A stretch of 45,037 nucleotides of DNA. Origin: Candidatus Woesearchaeota archaeon. GTDB lineage: Archaea > Nanobdellota > Nanobdellia > Woesearchaeales > DATGWN01. The position numbers and the translations under genes are program-made. The notes below the pieces were generated by a model that worked only from the letters and a program-made list of their open reading frames with translations, had not been told where the DNA came from and made no database searches. How positions within the stretch are numbered: position 1 is the stretch's first letter; every line of letters begins with the position of its first letter. This document shows positions 19,184-29,186 of this stretch, one piece after another. The stretch spans positions 1-45,037 of the forward strand of contig JBLKOU010000004.1 of the NCBI GenBank assembly GCA_047603125.1, given 5' to 3'.

Positions 19184-19708
19184 TTATTCAAGAAAGCGTT
19201 CTATAAAACCTCTTTCGAAGTTTGGCCTGATAAAGCCCATTTGAATATATGCTTCTTTTAAGGAATGATTCAATGCAAACTCTTGTCTAAGTAATTTCCA
19301 GAGCCCTCCTCTAGAACTTTCCATTTCAATGGAAAGTTCCTTATAATCCATCAATGGTGAAAGCGTTCTTCTATCGGTAGTTTTATAACCAAAAGTATGA
19401 AATTGTAAACCTTTTTTATAATCACGGGCAATCAAAATTTGATCGCAGATATTGTTAAGTTGTCTCCTGGCGACTTGAATTGTTTCCCGAGATGTTTCAG
19501 CGTCAGCAAAATAATTATATTTGGCCATCTCTCTTCCGTTATTAGATATTGTGGAAAAGCCGGTCCCAATATCCAGGAATGGGCCGAATCCAGATTTAGA
19601 AAAAACCTCCATTCCAATTTTTTGTAATCCGAATTCTTCTGCAAAATTCAATTCACTCTCATCCATACTTTCGAGTTTATTATATACTGCATCTGAATAC
19701 ATGTTCAT
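19184..19708 (-). CDS. Hypothetical protein translationally coupled to rtcB
   Basis: ATGA overlap with the rtcB stop; 174 aa; no recognised family. Confidence 0.7.
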   Translation of the reverse strand: MNMYSDAVYNKLESMDESELNFAEEFGLQKIGMEVFSKSGFGPFLDIGTGFSTISNNGREMAKYNYFADAETSRETIQVARRQLNNICDQILIARDYKKGLQFHTFGYKTTDRRTLSPLMDYKELSIEMESSRGGLWKLLRQEFALNHSLKEAYIQMGFIRPNFERGFIERFLE

Positions 19709-20739
19709 CGCTCCACCACCACACCTAAAGGTTGAATTTTCGCAATTGGGTATGCAAGATTATGTTGTTGCAAACAATCTATTGCTGAATGTATATCTCT
19801 GTATCCTTGGGCGATTTCATCTGCCATAAGATGTGCGGAAACATTAAGTTCGATATTTGCAAATTTTCGACGATATTCGCCTTTTCCAAATTTTCCATTT
19901 AAATTGTTTCTTGCAAACTTTCGGCCAACACCGTGGTTTATAGTATATGCAGTACTGGCGACATCAGGACCTCCAATTACAAGGTAGCCTGGTGTGGTGG
20001 CAGTCCCGGGTATGACTCCAAGGTCACCTGGATGTATTTCTTGAGTTCCTTTTTGAACGATATAAGAACCATTATCCTCTCTGATGGTATTATGTGGTAT
20101 ATCTAAAAGAAGACACTCATCAGTTCCTAAATTTTTTAGAAAACGTAGTGCAAGTATTTCTCTGTTTACTTTAGCGTATTGTTGAGCTTTTAGAAACTCA
20201 TCTAGATAATGATGGTTTGAAACTTGTCGTGTTCCATTTTTTTGAAATTCTGTAAAAACAGCATATCCTTTCAGTCTGGATCCGCTATGAATGAGAAGTA
20301 ATGGTTTATCTTGTTTAATTCCAAAGCTGTTTAATGCCGCTTGATTTGTGACATCAAAAACAGCATATATATTTGCAAAATGATTACCTTTGCCCAAAGT
20401 TCCTGTTTTAGAATGGGGTGAAGCGGCGTTGGAGAGCTGGCGTACCATTTTGCTCAATTTATCCCTTTTTAAAGCTCCTTTGGAATAAATTCGACGTAAA
20501 GGAATATCTAACTGACTTAATCTATACCCGCACCCTATATCCATTCCTATAAATTGAGGACTAATGGGCTGATTTTGCGAAATTTGAAGTGTTGTACCAG
20601 TGGGTAGGGTGTTTGAAGGGGTACAATCTGGAAGAAGAGCTGCGCGTTCAATTTCAATGTCTCGAGTTAAACTGGCAATATTTTGAATTGCGGATTTAAT
20701 AATATGGTCGTTTGTGTCGCTTGGAATTGCAAGTTTCAT
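19705..20739 (-). CDS. rtcB: RtcB-family RNA ligase (compact, divergent)
   Basis: LPD, DIGCG, GTLGKGNHF, HSGSR, PHN, NHGVGR, DEIAQGYRDI. Confidence 0.88.
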   Translation of the reverse strand: MKLAIPSDTNDHIIKSAIQNIASLTRDIEIERAALLPDCTPSNTLPTGTTLQISQNQPISPQFIGMDIGCGYRLSQLDIPLRRIYSKGALKRDKLSKMVRQLSNAASPHSKTGTLGKGNHFANIYAVFDVTNQAALNSFGIKQDKPLLLIHSGSRLKGYAVFTEFQKNGTRQVSNHHYLDEFLKAQQYAKVNREILALRFLKNLGTDECLLLDIPHNTIREDNGSYIVQKGTQEIHPGDLGVIPGTATTPGYLVIGGPDVASTAYTINHGVGRKFARNNLNGKFGKGEYRRKFANIELNVSAHLMADEIAQGYRDIHSAIDCLQQHNLAYPIAKIQPLGVVVER

Positions 20740-20821
20740 TATTACGAGAAAATTTGGACAGCTTATAAATGTTGTTATTCTTAAGTAATGATTTTTCGAT
20801 AATGGTTTTTAGTAGACTTAC

Positions 20822-22591
20822 TCACCCTATAAACCCTCCTTTTTGCAGTTGCCAGAGCTTATGATAATGGCCCTTTTTTCGCAATAATTGTCGGTGAGAA
20901 CCAATTTCTACAATCTTTCCTTTGTGCATGACAACAATTCGATCAGCATGCATAATTGTACTCAATCGATGAGCAATAATGATGGCAGTCCTATTTTTCA
21001 TCAATTTTTCTAAATCTTTTTGAATTTGGTGTTCAGTTTCACTGTCCAAGGCAGAAGTTGCTTCGTCAAGGACAAGGATTTTTTTATCCGCTAATATTGC
21101 CCTAGCAATAGAAACACGCTGTTTTTCACCGCCTGAAAGCTTCACACCCCGCTCTCCAACAATTGTTTTTTCTTTTTTGGGTAATTTTTCAATTATTGAG
21201 TCTAGTTGTGCAAATTTTAGTGCTTTGAGAACATCTTTTCTTTTCGCCTGAGAATTTGAAAAACGAATATTCTCATAAATGCTTTCATCAAAAAGTATTG
21301 CTTCTTGTGGAACGACACTCATTTCTGATCGGAGAAATTCAAAATCATAGTTTTTAATAGGGATGCCATCAACTTTAATGAGCCCCTTATCTACATCTTG
21401 AAGACGATAGAGTAATTTTACTAATGTGGATTTTCCACTTCCTGATTGCCCTACAAGTGCAATTTTTTCTCCGGGTTTAATAGAGAGGGAAACATTTCTA
21501 ATTGCTTTTAAAGATCCATATGAAAATGAAATGTTTTCAAATTCAACTGATCCTTTAGTAATTTTTCTTCGGATGGGCTTTTTGATGTTTGTAATTTCTG
21601 AATGCTCCCTTCCATATGCAAAGAGATCCTCAAAATCAGTCATACTTCGAGAGACTTGTCTGAGTCCTCCTGCAAATTCATATACATTTCCTATGAGTGA
21701 CCAAAATGAGTTAAAAATAAAAACCGTCGTACCTACAGTCATTCTTCCTGCTAAGTATTCATGTACGATTAAGAATAAGATAAGTATGAAGCCAACATTT
21801 AAGATAAAAGATTGTCCTACATCCACAACCCTCCATGCGTTCCAGTACGTGAGTTGGTTTTTTCTTGTAGCTTCCGTTTTTTTATGATGTTTTCGTAAAA
21901 TCGTTTTCTCTTTTCCAAAGAGTAAAACGGATTGTATATTTGTAAAAACATCACTAATAAAGCCTTTTTCCAGATCTTCTGCTTCATTCATTGCCAGATT
22001 TTTCTTCTCGTTTGCACTTTGACGCCAGTAAGTAAATATAACAAAAATAAACATCGTAACAAGTATGATAAGAATTGTGAGTTTACTATAAAACCAAATA
22101 AATACGACAATCCAAACTGTTTTGAAAAAAAAAGGAAGAAAATTAAAAACAATTGTGTCCGTAAAACTTTCAATAGCACTTCCACACCGTGTTAAACGAG
22201 AAATTAAGCTTCCTGTTTTATGATTGGTGTGAAACCTATATGAAAGTTTAACAATATGTTCGAAATATCTTTTTTTAAGTCGTTGAATAATTGTGGTTTC
22301 CACTTTATTAACAATGGTTAATCGCAAAAAACTACTTATCATTCGCAAAATAATAATACCAATAAAAACCGCAACAACAAATCGAATTGTTTGTGCTATT
22401 ATTTCACCTTGGGAAGCGTCTGTCTCAATGATTGTATCGAGTATGATTTTTAGAAGAAAATTCTCAAAAACGTACGAACCCTGAATAAAGATCATGAGAA
22501 GTAATAAAAGTGTTGCCCACATCCACATCCCTTTAAAGAACGAAACATAAATCTTTAAATTATACCAATAATCGACTCTTTTTTTTGTCAT
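20822..22591 (-). CDS. ABC exporter, fused permease-ATPase (MsbA/Atm1-like)
   Basis: TM domain, Walker A GQSGSGKST, LSGGEKQR, LVLDEATSALD, IAHRLST. Confidence 0.95.
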   Translation of the reverse strand: MTKKRVDYWYNLKIYVSFFKGMWMWATLLLLLMIFIQGSYVFENFLLKIILDTIIETDASQGEIIAQTIRFVVAVFIGIIILRMISSFLRLTIVNKVETTIIQRLKKRYFEHIVKLSYRFHTNHKTGSLISRLTRCGSAIESFTDTIVFNFLPFFFKTVWIVVFIWFYSKLTILIILVTMFIFVIFTYWRQSANEKKNLAMNEAEDLEKGFISDVFTNIQSVLLFGKEKTILRKHHKKTEATRKNQLTYWNAWRVVDVGQSFILNVGFILILFLIVHEYLAGRMTVGTTVFIFNSFWSLIGNVYEFAGGLRQVSRSMTDFEDLFAYGREHSEITNIKKPIRRKITKGSVEFENISFSYGSLKAIRNVSLSIKPGEKIALVGQSGSGKSTLVKLLYRLQDVDKGLIKVDGIPIKNYDFEFLRSEMSVVPQEAILFDESIYENIRFSNSQAKRKDVLKALKFAQLDSIIEKLPKKEKTIVGERGVKLSGGEKQRVSIARAILADKKILVLDEATSALDSETEHQIQKDLEKLMKNRTAIIIAHRLSTIMHADRIVVMHKGKIVEIGSHRQLLRKKGHYHKLWQLQKGGFIG

Positions 22592-22751
22592 AGTACTTAG
22601 TACCAGCAAACCCCTAGGTAAATATAATCGTGTTTAATTGTATTCTAAGGATTTTTGTTATAAAATCTTTATAAAGTTTTGTGGCGAAATGGTAATAATA
22701 TCGTAAATCTAATGGAGAAACATTATAAATAAAAATATCTCGACAGTATCG

Positions 22752-24137
22752 ATGGCAGAACTATTATCTTTTGAGAAATATGCAAAAATTGAGTTTACGC
22801 ACGCTATTCCTTATATTTTAGCGTTTAAAAAAAAGCGAAAAGAAATTCTCTATATTGGGACGAAGCACACTTTTAACCCAAATAATAAGAATTTAACGTA
22901 TTTTAAGAACCTTATATTACAGTACAAACCAGATTGCATTTTATTAGAAGGGGATGTTAGAAATCAGATTTATAAAACAAAAAAAGAGGCTGTAAAAAAA
23001 GCAGCTGAAATGGGATACATTAAATATATTGCTGACAAATCTGAAATAAGAACTGAATCTCTTGAAATGCCTTTTGAACAACAACTTGAAGAATTGGCGA
23101 AAAGTCACACTTTAGAAAATATCTTTCTTTTTGTTACTGTGAGAGCTGCTCCTTTTGGTATCAAATTCATTGAACAAGAAATTTCTGAGCTAAAAAAATA
23201 CTCCTTGTTTAGAACCTTCAAAATTTCATATAAGTATTTTAAACAGCGTTATAAAGAGTCTTTTGGTAAAAGTTTTAGCCCAAAAGCAAACAAGGGACTT
23301 TATGATTTGACTTCTCCCACAAAATACATAAGTATGCTAAATGAGATATCGCGCAAAAATAATTATATTCGTGACCAATATATGATTTTGAAAGTTCAAA
23401 AAGAACTAAAAACGGCGAATAGGTTGATGGTTTTTGTTGGAGCTAGCCATGTAGTTATTCAAGAGCCTGTGTTGCAAGAAAAATTTACTTCTGTAAACAC
23501 CGACATGTTTGATGAACAAGCAATACGGGCGTTTGTTGCCGCAAAAAAATCATATGGTTCGAAAAAGGCAACAAAAGCGTATGACCCTTGGACGGTGAGG
23601 GATAATAAAGATTACAAATTAGAAGTCCGAAAAATTAGAGCGATAGCATCCAAACACGGGAATCATGACAATAAAACTCTTCTAGATATTGGTTGTGGCA
23701 CAGGGACACATTTGATGCTTTTAGAGAATTATTACAATTGTATTGGTATTGATCCATTTGAAGAAATGCTAGAGCATGCAAGAAAAAAAACAAAGAAAAC
23801 GACATTTATTCAAGCTGATATGAGAACATTACGTTTGAATAAAACCTTTGATGTTATCATTTCTTTATATAGTGCAATTTCGTATTCGGGAACATACCCT
23901 GTCTTTAGAGAAGTGATGGAAAATATCTACAATCATTTAAATCCCGGAGGGGTGGTGATAATAGATCCTTTTTTTCAAAAAGATCCCAAAATTAAAGGTG
24001 ATACGTACTGGCTCTATAATGACCCTGAAAAATGGCTGAAAATAATGACTGAAGTTGGTTTTGCTGCAAGTTTTCATAAAAATAGGTACTTAGATAACCC
24101 AAAAAAAGGACTCTATATTTTAACTAGAAAAAAATAA
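22752..24137 (+). CDS. TraB/GumN-like domain fused to a class I SAM methyltransferase
   Basis: N-half: YIGTKH, ILLEG, IRDQYM, FVGASHV. C-half: LLDIGCGTG, QADMR, FDVII, LNPGGVVIID. Confidence 0.75.
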   Translation: MAELLSFEKYAKIEFTHAIPYILAFKKKRKEILYIGTKHTFNPNNKNLTYFKNLILQYKPDCILLEGDVRNQIYKTKKEAVKKAAEMGYIKYIADKSEIRTESLEMPFEQQLEELAKSHTLENIFLFVTVRAAPFGIKFIEQEISELKKYSLFRTFKISYKYFKQRYKESFGKSFSPKANKGLYDLTSPTKYISMLNEISRKNNYIRDQYMILKVQKELKTANRLMVFVGASHVVIQEPVLQEKFTSVNTDMFDEQAIRAFVAAKKSYGSKKATKAYDPWTVRDNKDYKLEVRKIRAIASKHGNHDNKTLLDIGCGTGTHLMLLENYYNCIGIDPFEEMLEHARKKTKKTTFIQADMRTLRLNKTFDVIISLYSAISYSGTYPVFREVMENIYNHLNPGGVVIIDPFFQKDPKIKGDTYWLYNDPEKWLKIMTEVGFAASFHKNRYLDNPKKGLYILTRKK

Positions 24138-25206
24138 GTGTCTTGAGTATTTTTTTGACTTTCTCAATAAGTTTTCCAGTAAATATAAGATTTTTCCGAG
24201 TTGTAATCTTTTTTTTGCCAAGTTCATTTTCACGAAACTCTTGAGAACCTAAAATAGTCATTAATCTCTCAAAAATAACTTTTGCATCAACAAAATCTTG
24301 AATTGCCCAGATTCCCTTATGTTGAGCATCTAAATACCTTCCAAAATAAATATAATATGTTAAAATCATACCAATTGCAAATGCTCCACTTAAATAATCG
24401 TGAACTATCCAGATGAGAAAAAGTCCTGCTGATATGGACGCAAGAGATAATAGAATAACTGTTCTTATTTGACTTGCACGCTTTGTCTGCAAAGACTTCT
24501 CTTTATATGCTTCTTCAACACTTGTACTTTTATTTGTTATATGCGAATGAAGCCCCGGTGTCTTTATAGAAGATATCGAATATGCCGATTCCGTAAATGT
24601 CCCGTTCACTTTTTCTTTGAGTATTTGGTTTTCTTTGCGAAGTTGCATTAATCTTGGCATAAACGATTTGTATATAAGAAAAAATACAACTAACATACTT
24701 ATAATAAAAAAAGAATAAAATGGATTAATAAATAAAAATACAAAAATTGAGGCAGTTATTCCTGAAAAAATGAAAATCCACTCATTGGCAATTGAATGAA
24801 ATATTTTTTGAATTTCATCTGTTCCAGAATTTATTTTTTGAATTTTTTCTCCAGTATTTTGATCCTCATGCCAAGATAAATCAAGACGCAATAAATGATT
24901 CATAGAAAGTAAGCGAATATTTCTTCCGACAATTGTTCCAATTTTATAGAGATTATATTTTGAATAAAATCGCAAAGTTGTTTGAAAAATAGATGCAATA
25001 ACAATAATACCAACATACATATAAATTGTTTGTAATGATACAGTATTTTGACTTAAATGACTTATGATAAGGCCAAGTATGAAAAGACTAAGATATGGGA
25101 CTACTTCTGAGATGTACCTTAAAACTAAAAAGAAAAAGAATTTTACGCGTTGTCCTTCCAGAAAAATATAGAAATCTTTGAAAAATTGCGCAAAGGTGTA
25201 ATTCAT
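24124..25206 (-). pseudogene. ABC exporter transmembrane domain lacking its ATPase domain (probably truncated)
   Basis: TMD with LDLSWHEDQNTG motif, paralogous to 20822-22591. Ends where the NBD should start and runs into the opposing gene. Confidence 0.6.
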
Positions 25207-25258
25207 AGTATTTTTTGGGCTCGTGAGTTTTTAAATATTCTTAAAAAAAGAAAAAAAA

Positions 25259-25546
25259 TCAATTTTTCCCATTGAAGCCTTGTATTGCATATTTACTAGT
25301 ATCGATGCACAAGTTGGGACTCCTAGGAAACATTTCTTGCATCATTCGTAAGTTTGACAAGTATTGCTCGGCAAAACTCGGTTTATCATAATTTCTTATG
25401 TTTGCAGTATACACAACTTGTTTTCTTGGGCTTAATTGTGCGTCCACCTTTGGGCAGTAAATGACGTTATTCCTATCATCGTTGTTACCAGGTAATTCCC
25501 AATCGCGCTTTGAATCAATTATATCATATATTGTTTTTTTACTCAT
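25259..25546 (-). CDS. Hypothetical protein (last gene of the receiver operon)
   Basis: 95 aa; AGGAG SD upstream. Confidence 0.7.
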   Translation of the reverse strand: MSKKTIYDIIDSKRDWELPGNNDDRNNVIYCPKVDAQLSPRKQVVYTANIRNYDKPSFAEQYLSNLRMMQEMFPRSPNLCIDTSKYAIQGFNGKN

Positions 25547-25564
25547 GTTCTTATTCTCCTATTA

Positions 25565-26002
25565 TTAGTACAAGTTTTTCCAATCAACATTTACATCAAA
25601 TGGCATTCTCCCTTGCTTAGCTTCGCATTGACTTACCGCATAATCCCAACCAAGCAAATCTAATCGGATAGTCGGATTTGTAAATCCTGGTGTCTCAAAT
25701 GTTTTTGGTCTAATTTGTAATTCGGGATTGAATCTTCCAACTGCTTTTATATCATATGTATTGAATGCTTGTGGTTCTAATTTTGCATCCAAGCCATATT
25801 TTGTGGTCAGACCAAACTCTGAATCTTCGAGTCTACACAAATATAATCCTGAATCTTCAGAGTCAAGCTCCACATTGATTGGAATATTTGCTAGCATTCT
25901 TCCCATTGGACTATTTTTGTCCATCACAAATGGTTCTACTCGAAATCCGCTTTGTGTATTTGTGTCAAGTACTATTTCTTTGATTATATTATCTAGTTTC
26001 AT
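25565..26002 (-). CDS. Hypothetical protein
   Basis: 145 aa; 7-nt gap from the upstream gene. Confidence 0.7.
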   Translation of the reverse strand: MKLDNIIKEIVLDTNTQSGFRVEPFVMDKNSPMGRMLANIPINVELDSEDSGLYLCRLEDSEFGLTTKYGLDAKLEPQAFNTYDIKAVGRFNPELQIRPKTFETPGFTNPTIRLDLLGWDYAVSQCEAKQGRMPFDVNVDWKNLY

Positions 26003-26009
26003 TTATTCT

Positions 26010-26600
26010 CTATTTCCCTTTCAATGAAAGTAGCGCATGCGCAAACGCATGGTAATCTTTAATCGTTGCTCTGGTATCGTTTGCATCTTCGATTCTATTG
26101 AGATCAAAACTATATCTGCGTAAATATTCGAGCACAGGTTCTCCTGGTTTTGGTAACACTGGAAAATCATCGCAATCCGCAAGTGCAAGCAAAGAATTTC
26201 CAGATTGAACTGTTGGTAATATATCGGGACTACTATGTGTAGTTTGCAAACTTGGTACTGGTTTTCTTGTAGTAGTTCTACCAAAAGCTGTAGTAGTCGC
26301 TCTATTAAGTTCAGTGGAGTACATCCCACCATCGGCATAATGTCCGATTAAAGGAACATCCTGACCCATTGCATACAACGCTAAGGCTAAACCTAGCTGT
26401 CGATTTTTCCAACCTGCCCTATTTTCTTCTGCATCCAAGTGTGAACTTGTTAAAACCATTCCGTAAGGTTTTTCTCCCATGCGTTCGATTGCAGATCGAA
26501 AGTCTTTTACTCTGTCAACCCTAAATCCTTCGTGGACTAATCGGTCTATTGTTGTTGTATTTTTATCATTTTTTTCTGCTAATAAAATATAATTATTCAT
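26010..26600 (-). CDS. Degenerate receiver (REC)-like protein
   Basis: YILLAEKN...GFRVDRVKDFRSAIERM..PYGMVLTS; Ser at the phospho-Asp position; GGAGG SD. Confidence 0.65.
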   Translation of the reverse strand: MNNYILLAEKNDKNTTTIDRLVHEGFRVDRVKDFRSAIERMGEKPYGMVLTSSHLDAEENRAGWKNRQLGLALALYAMGQDVPLIGHYADGGMYSTELNRATTTAFGRTTTRKPVPSLQTTHSSPDILPTVQSGNSLLALADCDDFPVLPKPGEPVLEYLRRYSFDLNRIEDANDTRATIKDYHAFAHALLSLKGK

Positions 26601-27057
26601 TGTTTCTTCCTCCCGTATACGTAAGTAAACATTCCATATTCTGTGTTAATGGAATTTGATAGCTTTGTATTTGAGTTTGTCTACCTGAGCTTTGATGCAT
26701 TTGTGTTTGTAAAAATCGTAATGCCATGTTTTTATATGCATTAAACGCAGGTTCGCCAGTCTTCCTTGTACTGATTTGCATCTCGCCAAGCATTTCATTT
26801 TCATGTAGGGCCCTTTTAAATTCAGGGTTAAATGCCGTTAATGATTTTCCATATGGCGTCTGATGTGAAATGAAAAAAGTGTTTTCATAGCTTTTTAGTT
26901 TCAATCCATTAGGAAATTCATATACTTGAACCGGATTCTCAGTTTGAATTTCTATTCTCTGTTGCGAATTTTCTATAGGGTTGTTCGCATTTATTGCATT
27001 TGGGAAAGTCGTTGCTAAAAGCATTCCAGCTAGTCCCATCATTGTTCGTTTTTTCAT
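26593..27057 (-). CDS. Putative secreted protein
   Basis: MKKRTMMGLAGMLLATTFPNAINA signal-like N-terminus. ATGA overlap at 27054-27057. Confidence 0.65.
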   Translation of the reverse strand: MKKRTMMGLAGMLLATTFPNAINANNPIENSQQRIEIQTENPVQVYEFPNGLKLKSYENTFFISHQTPYGKSLTAFNPEFKRALHENEMLGEMQISTRKTGEPAFNAYKNMALRFLQTQMHQSSGRQTQIQSYQIPLTQNMECLLTYTGGRNNE

Positions 27058-27665
27058 TTTTTTCTTCTCCATTCCATTCTTTCAAAGGCATCTTTCCAAA
27101 AATCACTTTGTGCTTTGTATTGTGGATAATCTTTTGGGCAATCAACTAATAACCAACCCTTATTAGCTGCAAACCTGTTAATTGGCTCAGTCATACTATC
27201 GTGGTGATATGTTGATGTGACTAAGGCAAAAGGAATGTCATTTTGATCACAATACTGACCAATTTGAATTCCAAGTGGTTGATTGGCCTGATCAAGCGCC
27301 ATCTCTTCAAGCATCATGCGTTTATAGCCAAAGTCTCTATGCAAATCAACACCTGGCGTTCTCTTAGCTATTCCCTTCATGAGAGAATAACCAAGTTGAT
27401 GAGTTTGCTCTAGTGCTCGACTTGTGTGTGACTCTTGAAACGGAGTTGCAAACGGCTCAAGTAAGTCAACAATGTCTTTACCCAAGTTTACATGTCCACT
27501 CCCAGTTTGATAGGGGAAAAAACAATCCGTAAGGACCGATTCAAACGCTTTTGTAATTTGCATTGCCTCACAATAATCTCGTGCGAGCATAGCGTTGGGA
27601 AACGCTTGTAGTGCGGCTTTTTGAAATTCAGGATTGTCTTCAACTATAAGTAATCCTTTTTTCAT
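27054..27665 (-). CDS. Atypical receiver (REC) domain protein with internal insertion
   Basis: LLIVEDN, VLTDCFFP, QPLG, IPFALVTSTYHH. Confidence 0.75.
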   Translation of the reverse strand: MKKGLLIVEDNPEFQKAALQAFPNAMLARDYCEAMQITKAFESVLTDCFFPYQTGSGHVNLGKDIVDLLEPFATPFQESHTSRALEQTHQLGYSLMKGIAKRTPGVDLHRDFGYKRMMLEEMALDQANQPLGIQIGQYCDQNDIPFALVTSTYHHDSMTEPINRFAANKGWLLVDCPKDYPQYKAQSDFWKDAFERMEWRRKK

Positions 27666-28537
27666 AGCAAATCACCACCATATCTATTTGCGGGAGTAAG
27701 TATTTGCTCACGCGTCATTGAAAGTTGGTTGTAGTCTACACCGGGTCTTTGTATTCCAAGTAATGTGTCAACAACCATTCCCAATTCATAAGTTCCTCCA
27801 CAAGATACTGGAAACAATTTGACATACATACTTCTTGCAAAATTTTCTTTTTCTTTCCAATTGCATCGACATGCAAGCATATTAACTTCAAGTCGAATAT
27901 CGTGCCCTAATGCAGCTGCACTGTAGCGTGCATTATCTCTACTGTGGAGCCCGTCATACACAAAAACATTTTTGATGAGTTCACGATCGGATTTCCAATC
28001 AAATGATCCAAAAATTTTTTTTGTTTTTTGAGCGATGACTTGTTTTGCTGTTTCTTGAGCAAATCGTTCATAGGAGAGTACAAGTACTTTGCCTGAAATC
28101 AATCCTTCATTGTAGCCCTCAATTGGATTGTATGACATAACAATTGAAAGTTTTGGATCTATGGCGGGTCGTGAGTCAGTCTGTTCGAGAACAGGGATGC
28201 CAAATTGTTTTTTGACCTCGTCAAAGATTCGGTCCGTTCGAACTACTCGTACACCCTTTGTCTGATACACGCTTGGTTGCACCCAACCTGGCTGAAAGCT
28301 TGTAAAGATAACAGGGGCTTGCATGCCTTTCTCTCTAAGATGTGCAAGTGTCTGTGAACCTTTGGCGTCTTGCATATTATTTGCATCATTATCTAGTATG
28401 ACCAAATCATAGTTCAAATTATCAAGCATTTGAGCTTGAAATTGACTTGCGACATCAACTTGAGAGTTGATTCTTTTTTTCATTGCAAGTGCGTCTTCTC
28501 CATCGTCGTTTATGACTAATATTTTTTCGATTCCCAT
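27662..28537 (-). CDS. Receiver (REC) domain fused to a Cys-motif domain
   Basis: KILVINDD, YDLVILD, PVIFTS; C-terminal ACRC...SCGG. Confidence 0.75.
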   Translation of the reverse strand: MGIEKILVINDDGEDALAMKKRINSQVDVASQFQAQMLDNLNYDLVILDNDANNMQDAKGSQTLAHLREKGMQAPVIFTSFQPGWVQPSVYQTKGVRVVRTDRIFDEVKKQFGIPVLEQTDSRPAIDPKLSIVMSYNPIEGYNEGLISGKVLVLSYERFAQETAKQVIAQKTKKIFGSFDWKSDRELIKNVFVYDGLHSRDNARYSAAALGHDIRLEVNMLACRCNWKEKENFARSMYVKLFPVSCGGTYELGMVVDTLLGIQRPGVDYNQLSMTREQILTPANRYGGDLL

Positions 28538-28543
28538 GTTTTT

Positions 28544-29071
28544 TCACTCCGTAAATGTATTCAAGTATTCCTGACAGCGAGCTTTCGTACGTTGCATCCG
28601 TTCTCGGTCTGCAGCAGAGACGTAAAAGCCATTTGCTATATTGGCTTCTAATATTCCAATTCTTCCAAGTTCTTGTTGAGCTTGTTTAACTGTTGCAGTA
28701 GTATATCCAAGATCATTTGCTCGCATGATATCGAGCTCTTCTTTTATTTGATCGGCTTTGACACGGACGAGAGTATCATAATTTCCGTTGGAACCTTCTC
28801 TTGCAATCTCAACAAAATCACCAGTTTTACGATCAAAGATGAGACGAAGGGAACCTCTTCCGGATTGTCCATTCTCTTTGTTTAGATATTTGGCATCAAC
28901 GGCGATTTGTCCGGCCCTGCCATTATTAAGAGTATGAACATTGTAATTTCCTCGCGATAAGTCTTGATTGGGAGAAGCCAACATACTGGATGCAAGCAAT
29001 ACATCTAATCCAAACTTGGAAATATTTCGGCAGTTCAAACCTGCTTTATTGATAATTTTCTTTAATGTCAT
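28544..29071 (-). CDS. Hypothetical protein (first gene of the receiver operon)
   Basis: ATG 29071; weak hydrophobic segment near the N-terminus. Confidence 0.65.
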   Translation of the reverse strand: MTLKKIINKAGLNCRNISKFGLDVLLASSMLASPNQDLSRGNYNVHTLNNGRAGQIAVDAKYLNKENGQSGRGSLRLIFDRKTGDFVEIAREGSNGNYDTLVRVKADQIKEELDIMRANDLGYTTATVKQAQQELGRIGILEANIANGFYVSAADRERMQRTKARCQEYLNTFTE

Positions 29072-29186
29072 AAGTAACACCACTAAGCAGTAGTGCTCTT
29101 AAGTTATTATATTTTTTCAATATTTTTCATATTTATTATATTCTTTTTTCGAAACTTATTTAAAAAGAAAGAGCTTTCTGATTTTC

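Noticed and set aside
19184..19708. FLDIGTG as a SAM-binding motif, or the protein as PrfH/archease
   Set aside because: No other methyltransferase motifs, no GGQ, and no archease-like pattern.
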